DNA of 64,000 nt from an uncultured Gammaproteobacteria bacterium. Lineage in GTDB: Bacteria; Pseudomonadota; Gammaproteobacteria; UBA9214. Position 1 is the stretch's first letter. Each line of letters begins with the position of its first letter. A program made the position numbers and the translations under genes. Shown here piece after piece: positions 50,456 through 60,237 of this stretch. The notes beneath the pieces were generated by a model. It ran no database searches. It had not been told where the DNA came from and was given only the letters and a program-made list of their open reading frames with translations. Location: NCBI GenBank assembly GCA_963773065.1, contig CAVYZN010000026.1:32001-96000 (forward strand), given 5' to 3'.

Positions 50456-50498
50456 CCGGCCCGGCACGGCGGTTATCCCATTCAGCGAGGACGTGCAC

Positions 50499-50774
50499 AT
50501 GAAAAAGATGTTTGTCGGCAACCTGCCCTTCGACGCCACCGAAGACTCCGTACAGGCGATGTTTTCCGAGTATGGGACCGTGCGGTCCATCAAGATCGCC
50601 GCGGATGTCTTCTCGGGCCGATGCAAGGGTTTTGCGTTTATTGAAATGGAAGGACATGAGGCGCGCGCCGCCATCGCCGCACTCGATGGCAAGACGGTCG
50701 GCGACCGGTCCCTGCGCGTGAATTTCGAAGATCCCCGTAGCGCGCGCGGGGGGCGGGGGCACGGACGCCGCTGA
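50499..50774 (+). CDS. RRM RNA-binding protein
   Basis: RNP2 MFVGNL, RNP1 KGFAFIEM, Gly/Arg tail. Confidence 0.92.
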   Translation: MKKMFVGNLPFDATEDSVQAMFSEYGTVRSIKIAADVFSGRCKGFAFIEMEGHEARAAIAALDGKTVGDRSLRVNFEDPRSARGGRGHGRR

Positions 50775-50891
50775 GCGCCGCGGCATAAACAGGCGGGCGG
50801 CAGACGCCCGCCCTCTTCAACCATAGCACCCCGCCTTATCTCTTTATCTCTTTCCCGAATAATCCGGTTCATCGCCACCGCGGCGATGCGC

Positions 50892-51698
50892 CTATTTTCT
50901 TCCGGTCGCGATCAGGTAGTCGTGCGGGATGGCCAGCCCGTTTTCGTTATGGAAGTCCCGGGCGAACAGGGCGACCTCATCGCGGATGTTGGCACGTTCA
51001 GCCTCGGGCAGCGCGTCGTATTGCCGTTTGAGCAGGTCCGAGGCCTCGACCATGTCCCAGTATTCATCGAAGGAGGCAAACTGGTAATGGAAGGTATGCG
51101 CGCGGATGCTGAAATGCTTGAAGCCGGCCAGATGCAGCAGCTCATCCAGCACGCCGGCGCCGCCCAGGGAGGTGACCTTGGGCAAGGGCGGCGCGAGCTC
51201 CGGGGGAATACGTCCCTCGAAGGCCTGATATGACCAGTACAGGGTCGGCATGGTCTCCGGCGTACTCCACACCGCAATGGCGAAGCGGCCGTCGGGTTTG
51301 AGCACGCGGCGCATTTCCTTGACGCCCCGCAGGGGATCTTCGAACAGCATGACGCCGAAACGGCTGAGCGCGCGGTCGAAACTGTCCGCGGGAAATTCCA
51401 GTTCTTCGGCGCGCATGGTCTGAAAACGGATGTTTTCGAGCTTCTCCTCCGCGACCTTGCGCTGCGCGACCGCCACCATCGGCGCGGCGCTGTCGATGCC
51501 GGTGATGTCAACCTGTCCCCGCATGACTCGCGAGAGCGTCAGGGCCGGTTCACCGGTGCCCGAGCCCAGGTCGATGATGCGCTCGCCCGGCTGGGCGTTC
51601 AGGGCCTGCAGCAGCGTCTCGCCCACGGGCGCGATGTGCGGCAGCCAGAGATCGAACTTCTCCGCGATACTCGCCCAGTCCGGTTGATTGGCGTTCAT
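50892..51698 (-). CDS. Class I SAM-dependent methyltransferase
   Basis: IIDLGSGTGEP, FDRALSRFGVM, LKPDGR. Confidence 0.88.
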   Translation of the reverse strand: MNANQPDWASIAEKFDLWLPHIAPVGETLLQALNAQPGERIIDLGSGTGEPALTLSRVMRGQVDITGIDSAAPMVAVAQRKVAEEKLENIRFQTMRAEELEFPADSFDRALSRFGVMLFEDPLRGVKEMRRVLKPDGRFAIAVWSTPETMPTLYWSYQAFEGRIPPELAPPLPKVTSLGGAGVLDELLHLAGFKHFSIRAHTFHYQFASFDEYWDMVEASDLLKRQYDALPEAERANIRDEVALFARDFHNENGLAIPHDYLIATGRK

Positions 51699-51737
51699 CG
51701 GTTTCTCCGTCGGCTGCCGCGGCTGCGATGACGACAG

Positions 51738-52554
51738 TCACTCCTCCTGGGTAAAGCTCTTGATGATGTAACCACCCGACTTCTCGTCCAGTTCCAGCTC
51801 CAGCAGCTTGCGCGCCTGCGCCTCCTCCAGCAGTTTCCCGAAGGTGCTGAAGCCATGGTAGGTCTCGTTGAAGCCGGGCTTGCGCCGCTTCAACGTCTGT
51901 TTCACCATCGAGCCCCACACCTTCTCTTCCTCGCCGCGCTCCTCGAACAGGTCCTCGACGGTTTCCAGCACCAGGTCGAGCGCCTCCTGCTGCTTGTCGG
52001 CGTCGGTCTTGACGGCGGTCTTTTTCGGTTTCCTTCTTGGCGGCGGACTTGCGCCGCGAGCGGCGCGGTTTCTCCGAACCCCGCACCAGGTCGTCGTAAT
52101 AGATGAACTCGTCGCAGTTGGAGATCAGCAGGTCGGAGGTGGAATTCTTCACCCCGACGCCGATCACCACCTTGTTATTCTCGCGCAGCTTGCTGACCAG
52201 CGCCGAGAAGTCCGAATCGCCGCTGATGATCACGAAGGTATCGACGTGCGACTTGGTATAGCACAGATCCAGGGCATCCACGACCATGCGGATGTCCGCG
52301 GAATTCTTGCCGGACATGCGCACATGGGGGATTTCGATGAGCTCGAAGGTCGCCTCGTGCATCGCCCCTTTGAATTCCTTGTAGCGCTCCCAGTCGCAGT
52401 AGGCCTTCTTGACGACGATATTGCCCTTGAGCAGCAGGCGCTCCAGCACCTTCTGGATATCGAAGGCCGCATACTTGGCGTCGCGCACGCCGAGCGCGAC
52501 ATTCTCGAAGTCACAGAACAGGGCCATGTTATGGGTGTTGGGTTTTGCGTTCAT
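51738..52554 (-). CDS. NYN domain protein with C-terminal OST-HTH/LOTUS domain; frameshift near 52020
   Basis: LFCDFEN, GKNSADIRMVVD, SGDSDF; C-terminal GSMVKQ...PGFNETYHGFSTF. Confidence 0.88.
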
Positions 52555-52733
52555 GGTAGTTCCTTTTTCCCCGATGTCACACCGGGTCCATAGTCGATAC
52601 ACCGCGACGCCGGCTGCCCCAGGCCAGGCGCGCCGGCGTCATTGCGCGCAGTCTACCCAGTGCGCCGGCACAATGTAAGGTGCCACGCGCCGGGAGAAGT
52701 CCGGCCTTCTCCGGGCACGTGATGCCCGCGCGC

Positions 52734-53156
52734 TCACGGATTCTCCGCCGCCACCTTTCTTCTCAGGATCTTGTCCCTGCCGCGTTTGCCTTTCTCGTCC
52801 AGGCGTTTCTCCACGATGCGGCGCGGGGGCCGGGTCGGCAGGCGCTTCTTGCGCGTCACCGCCGCCCCCAGCACCAGCTCCCGCAAGCGCTCGAGCGCCG
52901 CCGCGCGGTTTTTCTCCTGGCTGCGGTACTGCTGGGCCTTGATGACGATCACGCCGTCGGCGGTGATGCGCCTATCGTTCAGCCGGAGCAGCCGCACCTT
53001 GTAGAACTCGGGCAATGACGAGGCCCGAATGTCGAATCGCAGGTGAATGGCGCTGGAGACCTTGTTGACATTCTGGCCACCCGCACCTTGGGCGCGGATG
53101 GCGCTGATCTCGATCTCGCTTTCCGCAATGGCGACGTGACTGGAGATTCTCAACAT
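52734..53156 (-). CDS. arfB: Alternative ribosome rescue factor ArfB
   Basis: [19 protein letters not shown], basic C-terminal tail. Confidence 0.93.
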   Translation of the reverse strand: MLRISSHVAIAESEIEISAIRAQGAGGQNVNKVSSAIHLRFDIRASSLPEFYKVRLLRLNDRRITADGVIVIKAQQYRSQEKNRAAALERLRELVLGAAVTRKKRLPTRPPRRIVEKRLDEKGKRGRDKILRRKVAAENP

Positions 53157-53438
53157 GATATCAATACGCGCTGCGGCATAGGCACAAAGGCAGGCGGAAA
53201 TCCCGTTACGGCCGGACGCCGCAGTTATCGCGCGGAACTGACGCGCGATTATGGCACACTTCGTCGCCACCCCGCGACAGGCATGAGGCCGTCGACGGGT
53301 CCGGCGCGTAAACCCCAATCCACCGGCCGGAAGACCGTCTGCGCCCCGGCGGCAACGGCCGGGATGATGCCGGCGCATGATGCCGAAGCCGCCCGCGACA
53401 CTCGCTTTTGACGGCGAACCGATAGACAATGCACGGCC

Positions 53439-55001
53439 ATGATCGAAGACGCACGCCGCCTGCCAAAAGACACGCTGATCGAAACCGACATCGCCATCAT
53501 CGGCGCCGGGGCGGCGGGCATCACCATCGCGCGCGAACTCGCCGGCACGAACATTCAGTTATGCCTGATCGAGAGCGGCGGGCTCGAGTTCGAGCAGGAC
53601 ATCCAGAACCTGTACCGGGGCGAGAACGGCGGACGCTGGTACTTTCCGCTGGATAGCGCCAGGCTGCGCTACTTCGGCGGCAGCACCAATCACTGGGGCG
53701 GCTGGTGCCGGCCGCTCACCCCCATCGACTTCGAGGCGCGCGACTGGATCCCCCACAGCGGCTGGCCGATCACGCGCGCGGAGATCGATCCCTACTACGA
53801 GCGCGCCCAGCCGGTCACCGAAACCGGGCCGTTCCGCTACGATGCCACCGGCTTCTGGGAGGAACAGGTCGGCGCGAAAATGCTGCCGTTCCCGCGGGGT
53901 CTGATCACCACCACGTTCTTCCAGTACAGCCCGCCGACGCGGTTCGGCACGCGTTACCGCGATGTCATCGAACAGGCCGCCAACGTGCGCGCCCTGCTGC
54001 ACGCCACCGTCACGGAGATCGAGACCAACGAAGCGGGCTCCGAAGTGACGGGACTCAACGTGTCATCCCTCGAGGGGCCGCCCTTCCGTATCAGGGCGCG
54101 CCGCTATATCCTGGCCGCCGGCGCCATCGAGAATGCCCGCCTGCTGCTGCTGTCGAATCGCGTGCAGCCCGCGGGGGTCGGCAACACCCATGACCTGGTC
54201 GGGCGCTATTTCATGGAACATCCGCACATCCCGATCGTCGCCAACATGGTCACCTCACGGCCGGAGGCGTTCAATGCTACCTACACCCAGCATCTCTCGC
54301 TCGCGGACACCATCGTGCATGCCGCGCTGATCCCGACCGAGGCGCTGCTGCGGCGCGAACGTCTGCAGAACGCGGTCTTCACTATCGGCGTGCTCGGTGT
54401 CTACAACGCCGAAAACCTCGCCCAGCCGGCGCCGGCGGATGACCGGCACGCGCGCGATGTCTTCAACCTGCTGCGCGATCTCGGACCGCGGCGTGAAACC
54501 GACCATCCGCCGGCGGGGTACAACGACTGGCCGCCGGCCGGCGCGCTGGGTGCGAGCTGCGCACTGGGCTGCGCCTGCGAGCAGGCGCCAAACCCGCAGA
54601 GCCGGGTCACGCTGTCGGAGGAACGCGATGCGCTGGGACTTAAGCGCGCGCGCCTCGACTGGCGCCTGAGCGAAACCGACAAACTCAGCCTGAACCGGAT
54701 AGTGCACGCCGTGGGGGAAGAGCTCGGCGCCGTGGGCCTGGGCCGGGTGCGGCCGGCGCTGAGCGACGACGGCAACTGGCCCGATGAAGTCCTGGGGGGC
54801 TACCATCACATGGGCACGACCCGCATGGCCGACTCGCCCGAGCATGGAGTGGTGGACGCGAACTGCCGGGTACACGGCATCGCCAACCTTTACATTGCCG
54901 GCAGCTCGGTGTTCACCACCAGCGGCGCCTCCAATCCGACGCTCACCCTCGTCGCACTGGCGCTGCGCCTCACCGATCACCTCAGGACACAACTGTCATG
55001 A
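53439..55001 (+). CDS. GMC-family FAD oxidoreductase
   Basis: [40 protein letters not shown]. Confidence 0.92.
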   Translation: MIEDARRLPKDTLIETDIAIIGAGAAGITIARELAGTNIQLCLIESGGLEFEQDIQNLYRGENGGRWYFPLDSARLRYFGGSTNHWGGWCRPLTPIDFEARDWIPHSGWPITRAEIDPYYERAQPVTETGPFRYDATGFWEEQVGAKMLPFPRGLITTTFFQYSPPTRFGTRYRDVIEQAANVRALLHATVTEIETNEAGSEVTGLNVSSLEGPPFRIRARRYILAAGAIENARLLLLSNRVQPAGVGNTHDLVGRYFMEHPHIPIVANMVTSRPEAFNATYTQHLSLADTIVHAALIPTEALLRRERLQNAVFTIGVLGVYNAENLAQPAPADDRHARDVFNLLRDLGPRRETDHPPAGYNDWPPAGALGASCALGCACEQAPNPQSRVTLSEERDALGLKRARLDWRLSETDKLSLNRIVHAVGEELGAVGLGRVRPALSDDGNWPDEVLGGYHHMGTTRMADSPEHGVVDANCRVHGIANLYIAGSSVFTTSGASNPTLTLVALALRLTDHLRTQLS

Positions 55002-55435
55002 GTCTCGGGTTCACCCGCCGCACCATTCTCGCCGGCCTGGCCGCCGGCGTGGCCGGTGTCGCCATCGGCCTGCGCCTTTACTGGACCGGTGGCAGCGCCG
55101 CGCGCGACGCCCAACGGCTCGCGGGATTGCTAAGGCACGCGGACAGCGCGGCCCCGCTCGGCCGGCTCTACCTGGCCGGAGCCCCGCGGGAAGCCGATCC
55201 GGCACGGCTGGTGGCGCTGATCGGCGCGGCGCAGGGCCCGGCGTTGACACCGATCTCCGCGGCCACGGACGAGGACTTGCGCGCCGGCCTGGAGGAGCGC
55301 ATCCGCATCAACTTCACCAGCGGCGCCAGGGTCGCGGTCGGCGGCTGGTTGCTGTCAATCACCGAGGCGCGCCTGTGCGCCCTGGTCAGCCTGGAGCGGC
55401 CAGTATCCGAGACCCCGGTGAGTAACGCGGGCTAG
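54998..55435 (+). CDS. Tat-signal small protein, probable partner of the GMC enzyme
   Basis: FTRRTILAG twin-arginine motif; overlaps the GMC stop (ATGA); VGGWLLS.TEARLCAL. Confidence 0.7.
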   Translation: MSLGFTRRTILAGLAAGVAGVAIGLRLYWTGGSAARDAQRLAGLLRHADSAAPLGRLYLAGAPREADPARLVALIGAAQGPALTPISAATDEDLRAGLEERIRINFTSGARVAVGGWLLSITEARLCALVSLERPVSETPVSNAG

Positions 55436-55437
55436 TG

Positions 55438-56079
55438 CTAATGCTCGCCCTTGGTCCGGAGCAGGCCGGCGAGACGATTCCCCTGCTTCTGTGGCCCGCC
55501 CGCGGGGAAGAGCCGGTGTAAATAGCGGTTGCTGCCCTTCTCCCGCCCCCAGACGTCCCGGAAGTGTTTGATCATCTCCCGCACGGAAGCCTGTACGCCG
55601 TGCGCCTCAAAATACTGGCGCAGGAAGCGGATCACCTGCCAGTGCTCGTCGTTGAGCATGAGTCCCTCAACCGCCGCCTCGGCACGGACAAAGCTCTCCG
55701 ACCAATCGCTGGCTTGGATGAGGTAGCCTTCGGCGTCGGTTAGCACTTCCCTGTCGCCGACCCTAAGCTTCCTGGTCTGCATCCCCGGGTAGGCCGTGCT
55801 TCCGCCCTGCAGGCCGCCGGGCGCGCCGGCGGAGACATCCGGGGCTGAAGTAACCGACCAGAGTTCCACGGTGACCCGCTCATCGAGGACGCCGTGATAG
55901 CGTTCGATACCTGCGACCAGCACCTTGCCGCTACCGGGCGGCAAGTCGAACCGGGCCACACCGCCGCGGTCGGTCCAGACAGCCGGCGTGATCGCCCCAT
56001 CGGCATCGAACTGCAGTGCGACCGGCACCCGCTTGACCGGTTCCTTGTCCACCTTCATCAGTACCGTAACCGTTATCAT
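55438..56079 (-). CDS. Cys-less DsrC-family (RspA-like) domain with an extra N-terminal domain
   Basis: TDAEGYL...DWS, L.DEHWQVIRFLR.Y, YLHRLFP.GGP.KQ..RLAGL; ends RTKGEH. Confidence 0.82.
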   Translation of the reverse strand: MITVTVLMKVDKEPVKRVPVALQFDADGAITPAVWTDRGGVARFDLPPGSGKVLVAGIERYHGVLDERVTVELWSVTSAPDVSAGAPGGLQGGSTAYPGMQTRKLRVGDREVLTDAEGYLIQASDWSESFVRAEAAVEGLMLNDEHWQVIRFLRQYFEAHGVQASVREMIKHFRDVWGREKGSNRYLHRLFPAGGPQKQGNRLAGLLRTKGEH

Positions 56080-56363
56080 CACGTTGCTCCGCAAGAAATA
56101 TCACGCCAATGGCCGAGATGCCCGGCAAACGGTGGATCGCGATAACTCACCCACGGCCGGCCCGCGCCACGATGGTACCGCGAGTCCCGTCAATCAAGCC
56201 ATTACCAGTGATAGGTCGTGGGAAGTCGGTGGAGGAATGCAGTCCCGCGCCGCGCCTCTGCTAGACTTGGGTATAGAAGCGGTTCCGCCCGCGAACCGGT
56301 GTCATGCCAGGCCGCCATGGAGGAGTTGGTTGCCAGCGGCGAGTCCTGACGGTCAAGCCTGCC

Positions 56364-57089
56364 ATGCGTTATGAATTGTTCTATTGGCCTTCGATTCAGG
56401 GACGCGGTGAGTATATCCGCCTGGCGCTGGAGGAGGCGGGCGCCGACTACGTGGACGTGGCGCGCCAACGCGCGCGCGGCATGGGGGTGGCGGCGATGAT
56501 GCGGCTCATGGAAGGTCATGCACTGGAACGTCCGCCCTTCGCTCCGCCCTTTCTGCGTAAGGGCAAGCTGGTTATCGCGCAGACGGCTAACATTCTGCAC
56601 TACCTTGGGCCGCGGCTGGGGCTGGTACCCAGGGCCGAGGCGAGCCGGCTGTGGGCGTACCAACTGCAGCTCACGGTCGAGGATCTGGTCGTGGACATTC
56701 ATGACACGCATCACCCGGTCTCGGCCAATCTCTACTATCACGACCAGAAGAAAGAAGCGCGCCGGCGCGCGCTGTATTTCAGGGAAGAACGCGCCCCGGA
56801 ACTGCTCGGCTACTTCGAGCGCGTGCTCGATTACAATCGCACCGGCCGCGGCTATATGGTGGGCCGCAGCCTTTCTTACGTGGATCTGTCGATGTTCCAG
56901 ATTGTCGCCGGACTGCGTTATGCGTTCCCGCGAATGATGGCCCGTCTGGAGCCGCAGTTACCAAGGCTGGCGGAGTTGCACGAGCGGGTCGCGCAGCGCC
57001 CGAACATCGCGGCGTATCTTGTCTCGGAGCGGCGCCTGCCGTTCAACGAGAACGGTATCTTCCGGCATTACCCGGAGCTGGACGGTTAG
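56364..57089 (+). CDS. Glutathione S-transferase
   Basis: YWPSIQGRGE.IRL, PPFAPPFL, IAQTANI, LSYVDLS. Confidence 0.9.
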   Translation: MRYELFYWPSIQGRGEYIRLALEEAGADYVDVARQRARGMGVAAMMRLMEGHALERPPFAPPFLRKGKLVIAQTANILHYLGPRLGLVPRAEASRLWAYQLQLTVEDLVVDIHDTHHPVSANLYYHDQKKEARRRALYFREERAPELLGYFERVLDYNRTGRGYMVGRSLSYVDLSMFQIVAGLRYAFPRMMARLEPQLPRLAELHERVAQRPNIAAYLVSERRLPFNENGIFRHYPELDG

Positions 57090-57145
57090 CGGATCGGGCC
57101 GCCCGTGGTAGTATGAGGACCTTCGCGGGTTAAGGAGCGCAACCG

Positions 57146-57718
57146 ATGGACATATTGATCGCCGGACTCGTTATCTTTTTCGCCGTGCATTCGATCGCCA
57201 TCGTCGCCGACGGCTGGCGCCAGCGCATGATCGCGCGCCTGGGCGAGTGGCCCTGGAAGGGCTTGTACTCGGTGATCGCCGCAATCGGACTGGTGCTCAT
57301 CATCTGGGGCTACGGACTCGCGCGACAGGAGCCGGTGGTGCTGTATACCTCCCCAGTCTGGTTGCGCTACGTGGCGGTGGTGCTGCTGATCCCGGTTTTT
57401 CCGCTGCTGCTCGCGACCTATCTCCCGGGACGCATCCAGTCGGCGACCAAACACCCCATGTTGGCCGCCATCAAGCTCTGGGCCTTAGTGCACCTGCTCG
57501 CCAACGGCACACTCGCCGATGTGCTGCTGTTCGGTGCGTTCCTCGTGTGGGCCGTGGTCGATCGCATTTCACTGAAACGCCGTGCCGAGCCCTGGGTTCC
57601 GAGGTTGCCGCGCACCGGCGCCAACGACATCATCGCCGTGGTCGGCGGCTTGGGAATTTATGTCGCCTTCGTGCTGTGGCTGCACGCGCGGCTGATCGGG
57701 GTGTCGCCGCTCGGGTGA
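57146..57718 (+). CDS. nnrU: NnrU family membrane protein
   Basis: FFAVHS, KHPML..IKLWA.VHLLANG, H..LIGV. Confidence 0.88.
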   Translation: MDILIAGLVIFFAVHSIAIVADGWRQRMIARLGEWPWKGLYSVIAAIGLVLIIWGYGLARQEPVVLYTSPVWLRYVAVVLLIPVFPLLLATYLPGRIQSATKHPMLAAIKLWALVHLLANGTLADVLLFGAFLVWAVVDRISLKRRAEPWVPRLPRTGANDIIAVVGGLGIYVAFVLWLHARLIGVSPLG

Positions 57719-57817
57719 GCGGTGGCGGTCGCCGCGGGTCTGATCGCTTCCTGCTGTCCGATCGGATGTATCGCTCCTCCGCTAGCTAAACCTCGTCGGC
57801 TGGACAGCGCCTATCCA

Positions 57818-58132
57818 TCACGCCGCCACCTCAAGCAACACTTCAGGGTGACGCTCGGCGATCTTGAGCAGGGTTTTTGCGGCGCCCGACGGCTCGCGCC
57901 GGCCCTGCTCCCACTGTTCGAGGGTGCGCTTCGAAACGCCAAGGGCTGCTGCGAACTGCGCTTGGGAGAGCCCGCTCTTCAGCCGCACGCGAACGACGTG
58001 AGATTTCGGCTCCACTTTGGTGCGTTTGCCTCCGCCCGCCTTGATCTCTCGTACGCCGTCCAGGACTTCTTGCCACACATCGCGCCCGGCCTCGAACTTG
58101 GCCAACGCCTTTCCAGTAAGCTTCTTACCCAT
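57818..58132 (-). CDS. HTH (Xre/HigA-type) antitoxin
   Basis: GLSQAQFAAALGVSKRTLEQWEQGRREPSGAA. Confidence 0.88.
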   Translation of the reverse strand: MGKKLTGKALAKFEAGRDVWQEVLDGVREIKAGGGKRTKVEPKSHVVRVRLKSGLSQAQFAAALGVSKRTLEQWEQGRREPSGAAKTLLKIAERHPEVLLEVAA

Positions 58133-58439
58133 TTCGGAATACCTCTAGCAACTGCCTCAGAATAGGCGCCGGGACGGCGTCATGCTTGGCCTTGGCATAG
58201 ATCGTCAACATCCAGAATTCATTCGGTTGGTACCGTACGAAATAGATGACTCTCAGCCCGCCACGTTTGCCCATACCCGGCCGCGCCCAACGTAGTTTCC
58301 GAACCCCACCCGAGCCGGGAACGACCTGTCCGGACTCTGGGTTCTGCATCATGAACTGCTGCAGTTCGGCGTACTCATCGTCGTCCAGGTATACGGGAAG
58401 AACCCGTTCGAATGCGGACGATTCAATGAACGTGAACAT
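58125..58439 (-). CDS. higB: RelE/HigB-type toxin
   Basis: FIESSAF, NPESG.VVPGSGGVRKLRW, GKRGGLRVIY, LTIYAK; toxin precedes antitoxin. Confidence 0.88.
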   Translation of the reverse strand: MFTFIESSAFERVLPVYLDDDEYAELQQFMMQNPESGQVVPGSGGVRKLRWARPGMGKRGGLRVIYFVRYQPNEFWMLTIYAKAKHDAVPAPILRQLLEVFRNG

Positions 58440-58449
58440 CGAAGCAACA

Positions 58450-58466
58450 ATACGCCATTGGCGTAT
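58450..58466. promoter_or_regulatory. Palindromic operator of the HigBA-type module
   Basis: ATACGCCA-T-TGGCGTAT, 10 bp upstream of the toxin start. Confidence 0.7.
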
Positions 58467-58484
58467 AGTAATCAACATCGCCTC

Positions 58485-58565
58485 CCAAGTATCTTCCGTA
58501 CGCCGGCTGTAATGCCGAACCCGGTTTGCAGCACGCACTTGATCGAGAAGGCGGGGTGTGGTCAT
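58485..58565 (-). pseudogene. intI: Integron integrase N-terminal remnant
   Basis: MTTPRLLDQVRAANRVRHYSRRTE matches the IntI start (LLDQVR..IR..HYS.RTE); GGAGG RBS retained. Confidence 0.78.
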
Positions 58566-58739
58566 ATGAGCCTCCATGCTCCATTTGTTTTTTCCATTAG
58601 GCGCCCTTTCAGGAGCCCAAGTCCTTGGTTCCATTCAGGACAGCATGATGATGGAGCCCAAATGCGCTGTTTACAATGGCGCTTTTCGGCTCCCCAATTG
58701 TAGTTGAACTAAACCGCTTCGCGATAAAGCCACGCAGTG

Positions 58740-58761
58740 CCCAGAAACTTGAACGTTAGAC
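58740..58761 (+). mobile_element. attI-like recombination site
   Basis: GTTAGAC core at 58755-61 preceded by AGAAACTTGAAC, about 190 bp upstream of and divergent from the intI remnant; a cassette-like ORF follows. Confidence 0.6.
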
Positions 58762-58858
58762 CGCCATCGCCAAGTGTGGAGTGCTGACAGATGTCAACCG
58801 ACGCATACTTTGACACGCGCAATCTTGCCCCGCCAATGGGCGACTAGGTGGCTGCCCT

Positions 58859-59830
58859 GTGTCCGGTTGCGCCACGCATCTTGGGAAAGCGGATAGCCAG
58901 TGGGGTGAGATGCCTTACTGTCCGGTGCATCGCATTAGGATCCACGCGGGAACTCGGACTTTCGTCTATTACAACGGTCCGGATGAAACCTCGAAGCGTA
59001 ATGCGGCCCTGCGAAATATCTTGTTCGAACGCAACTATTTCAAAGAGCACATCCTGGGTAACTCAGCTAAAGCCGAAACACATCGGATTTGCCACGAAAC
59101 CAGTGAAGATGCTCTGACCTGGAATGTGTTCTCTCGACTAGCAAGCGGCGGGTTTCTTCCAATGCTGTTATCCACGTTCACACACTTATCGTTGAAGAAC
59201 GAGCCTGAACTGTACCTGTGGGGCCTTAAAGTCCGTCTTCATGATTCGTCCGCCCCTTCATTGTTTCCTGCTCTAAAAAGCGCCCGCGGCATCTTCGAAA
59301 ATGGCATCGCGAAGTTCTTGACTGAGCCGGACATCATGTTATATGTGCCAGGGCAGTTGCTCGTCCTCGTGGAGGCCAAGTTCACTTCTGGCAACACCAT
59401 CGCTTCGACCAGCGCAACCCACGATGTCGCCGACGAGAAGCCGAAGTCGCGTGAGGGCATTTTAGGACGATACACACCCACTGCACTGCCACGCGATGCG
59501 CTGCTCGCACCGTCATCCTCGGGGCCTTTTTATTCGCAGTTATACCGCAATCTGGTGTTCGCAATCTACATGGCGAACAAGTTAGACGTAAGGTGGGTAC
59601 TAGTTAACCTTGTGTGCGAAGGGCATTTTCACCAACGACAACACAAGGTCGAATTTCAAGATCCGACGCAATTTATTCACGCGCTCCTTCCTGAAAAGTC
59701 ACGTAATCAATTTCTTTTCTACTGGGAACGGCTCTATGCCGATCATGTTGTGAAAGTGACGGAACTGAAAGACCTTGCCGAGTACATGTACAACAAGTCT
59801 GCCAATGGAGTTAGAGCACTTGCTGTTTAG
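58859..59830 (+). CDS. Putative PD-(D/E)XK nuclease (integron cassette gene)
   Basis: SEDALTWNVF, TEPDIML...LVEAKF, FYSQLYRN; lower GC; start may be ATG 58910. Confidence 0.7.
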   Translation: MSGCATHLGKADSQWGEMPYCPVHRIRIHAGTRTFVYYNGPDETSKRNAALRNILFERNYFKEHILGNSAKAETHRICHETSEDALTWNVFSRLASGGFLPMLLSTFTHLSLKNEPELYLWGLKVRLHDSSAPSLFPALKSARGIFENGIAKFLTEPDIMLYVPGQLLVLVEAKFTSGNTIASTSATHDVADEKPKSREGILGRYTPTALPRDALLAPSSSGPFYSQLYRNLVFAIYMANKLDVRWVLVNLVCEGHFHQRQHKVEFQDPTQFIHALLPEKSRNQFLFYWERLYADHVVKVTELKDLAEYMYNKSANGVRALAV

Positions 59831-59870
59831 TGGCGGGCTATCCACCCGCTCAATACGGACGCGAATAATC

Positions 59871-59949
59871 GGGGACAGATCACGGATTTCGCGGCTGTGC
59901 CAAGGAAAAGGGGGACAGACCACGTTTTTAGTCAAAACGTGATCTGTCC
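59871..59949. repeat. GGGGACAGA(T/C)CACG miniature repeat cluster
   Basis: Two direct copies (59871, 59912) and one inverted copy (59934-49). Confidence 0.65.
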
Positions 59950-60019
59950 GTACACCTAGTTTCAATAAAAACGTCGCAAAAAGGGATTTATATATCCCCC
60001 CTTAATCCAGAATCTTCTT

Positions 60020-60220
60020 TTACCGTCCCGCCTCGATCAACTCGATGTCCTTCTTGAGTAGTTCGTTGACCAGGTCGGAGAGATCCACCCCCCGGGCCTC
60101 GGCCTTCTTGGCGAGATAATCCTCGACGTCCTCGTCGAGATACACCGGCAACTTGAAGACGGACTCGGGTTTATAGAACTTTCCGCGCTCGCCCTTGGAA
60201 AAATCATACCGTGACTTCAT
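60020..60220 (-). CDS. BrnA-like/CopG-type antitoxin
   Basis: YDFSKGERGKFY, VYLDEDV..YL, LVNELL. Confidence 0.8.
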   Translation of the reverse strand: MKSRYDFSKGERGKFYKPESVFKLPVYLDEDVEDYLAKKAEARGVDLSDLVNELLKKDIELIEAGR

Positions 60221-60237
60221 GGCATCACCTTTAGCCG

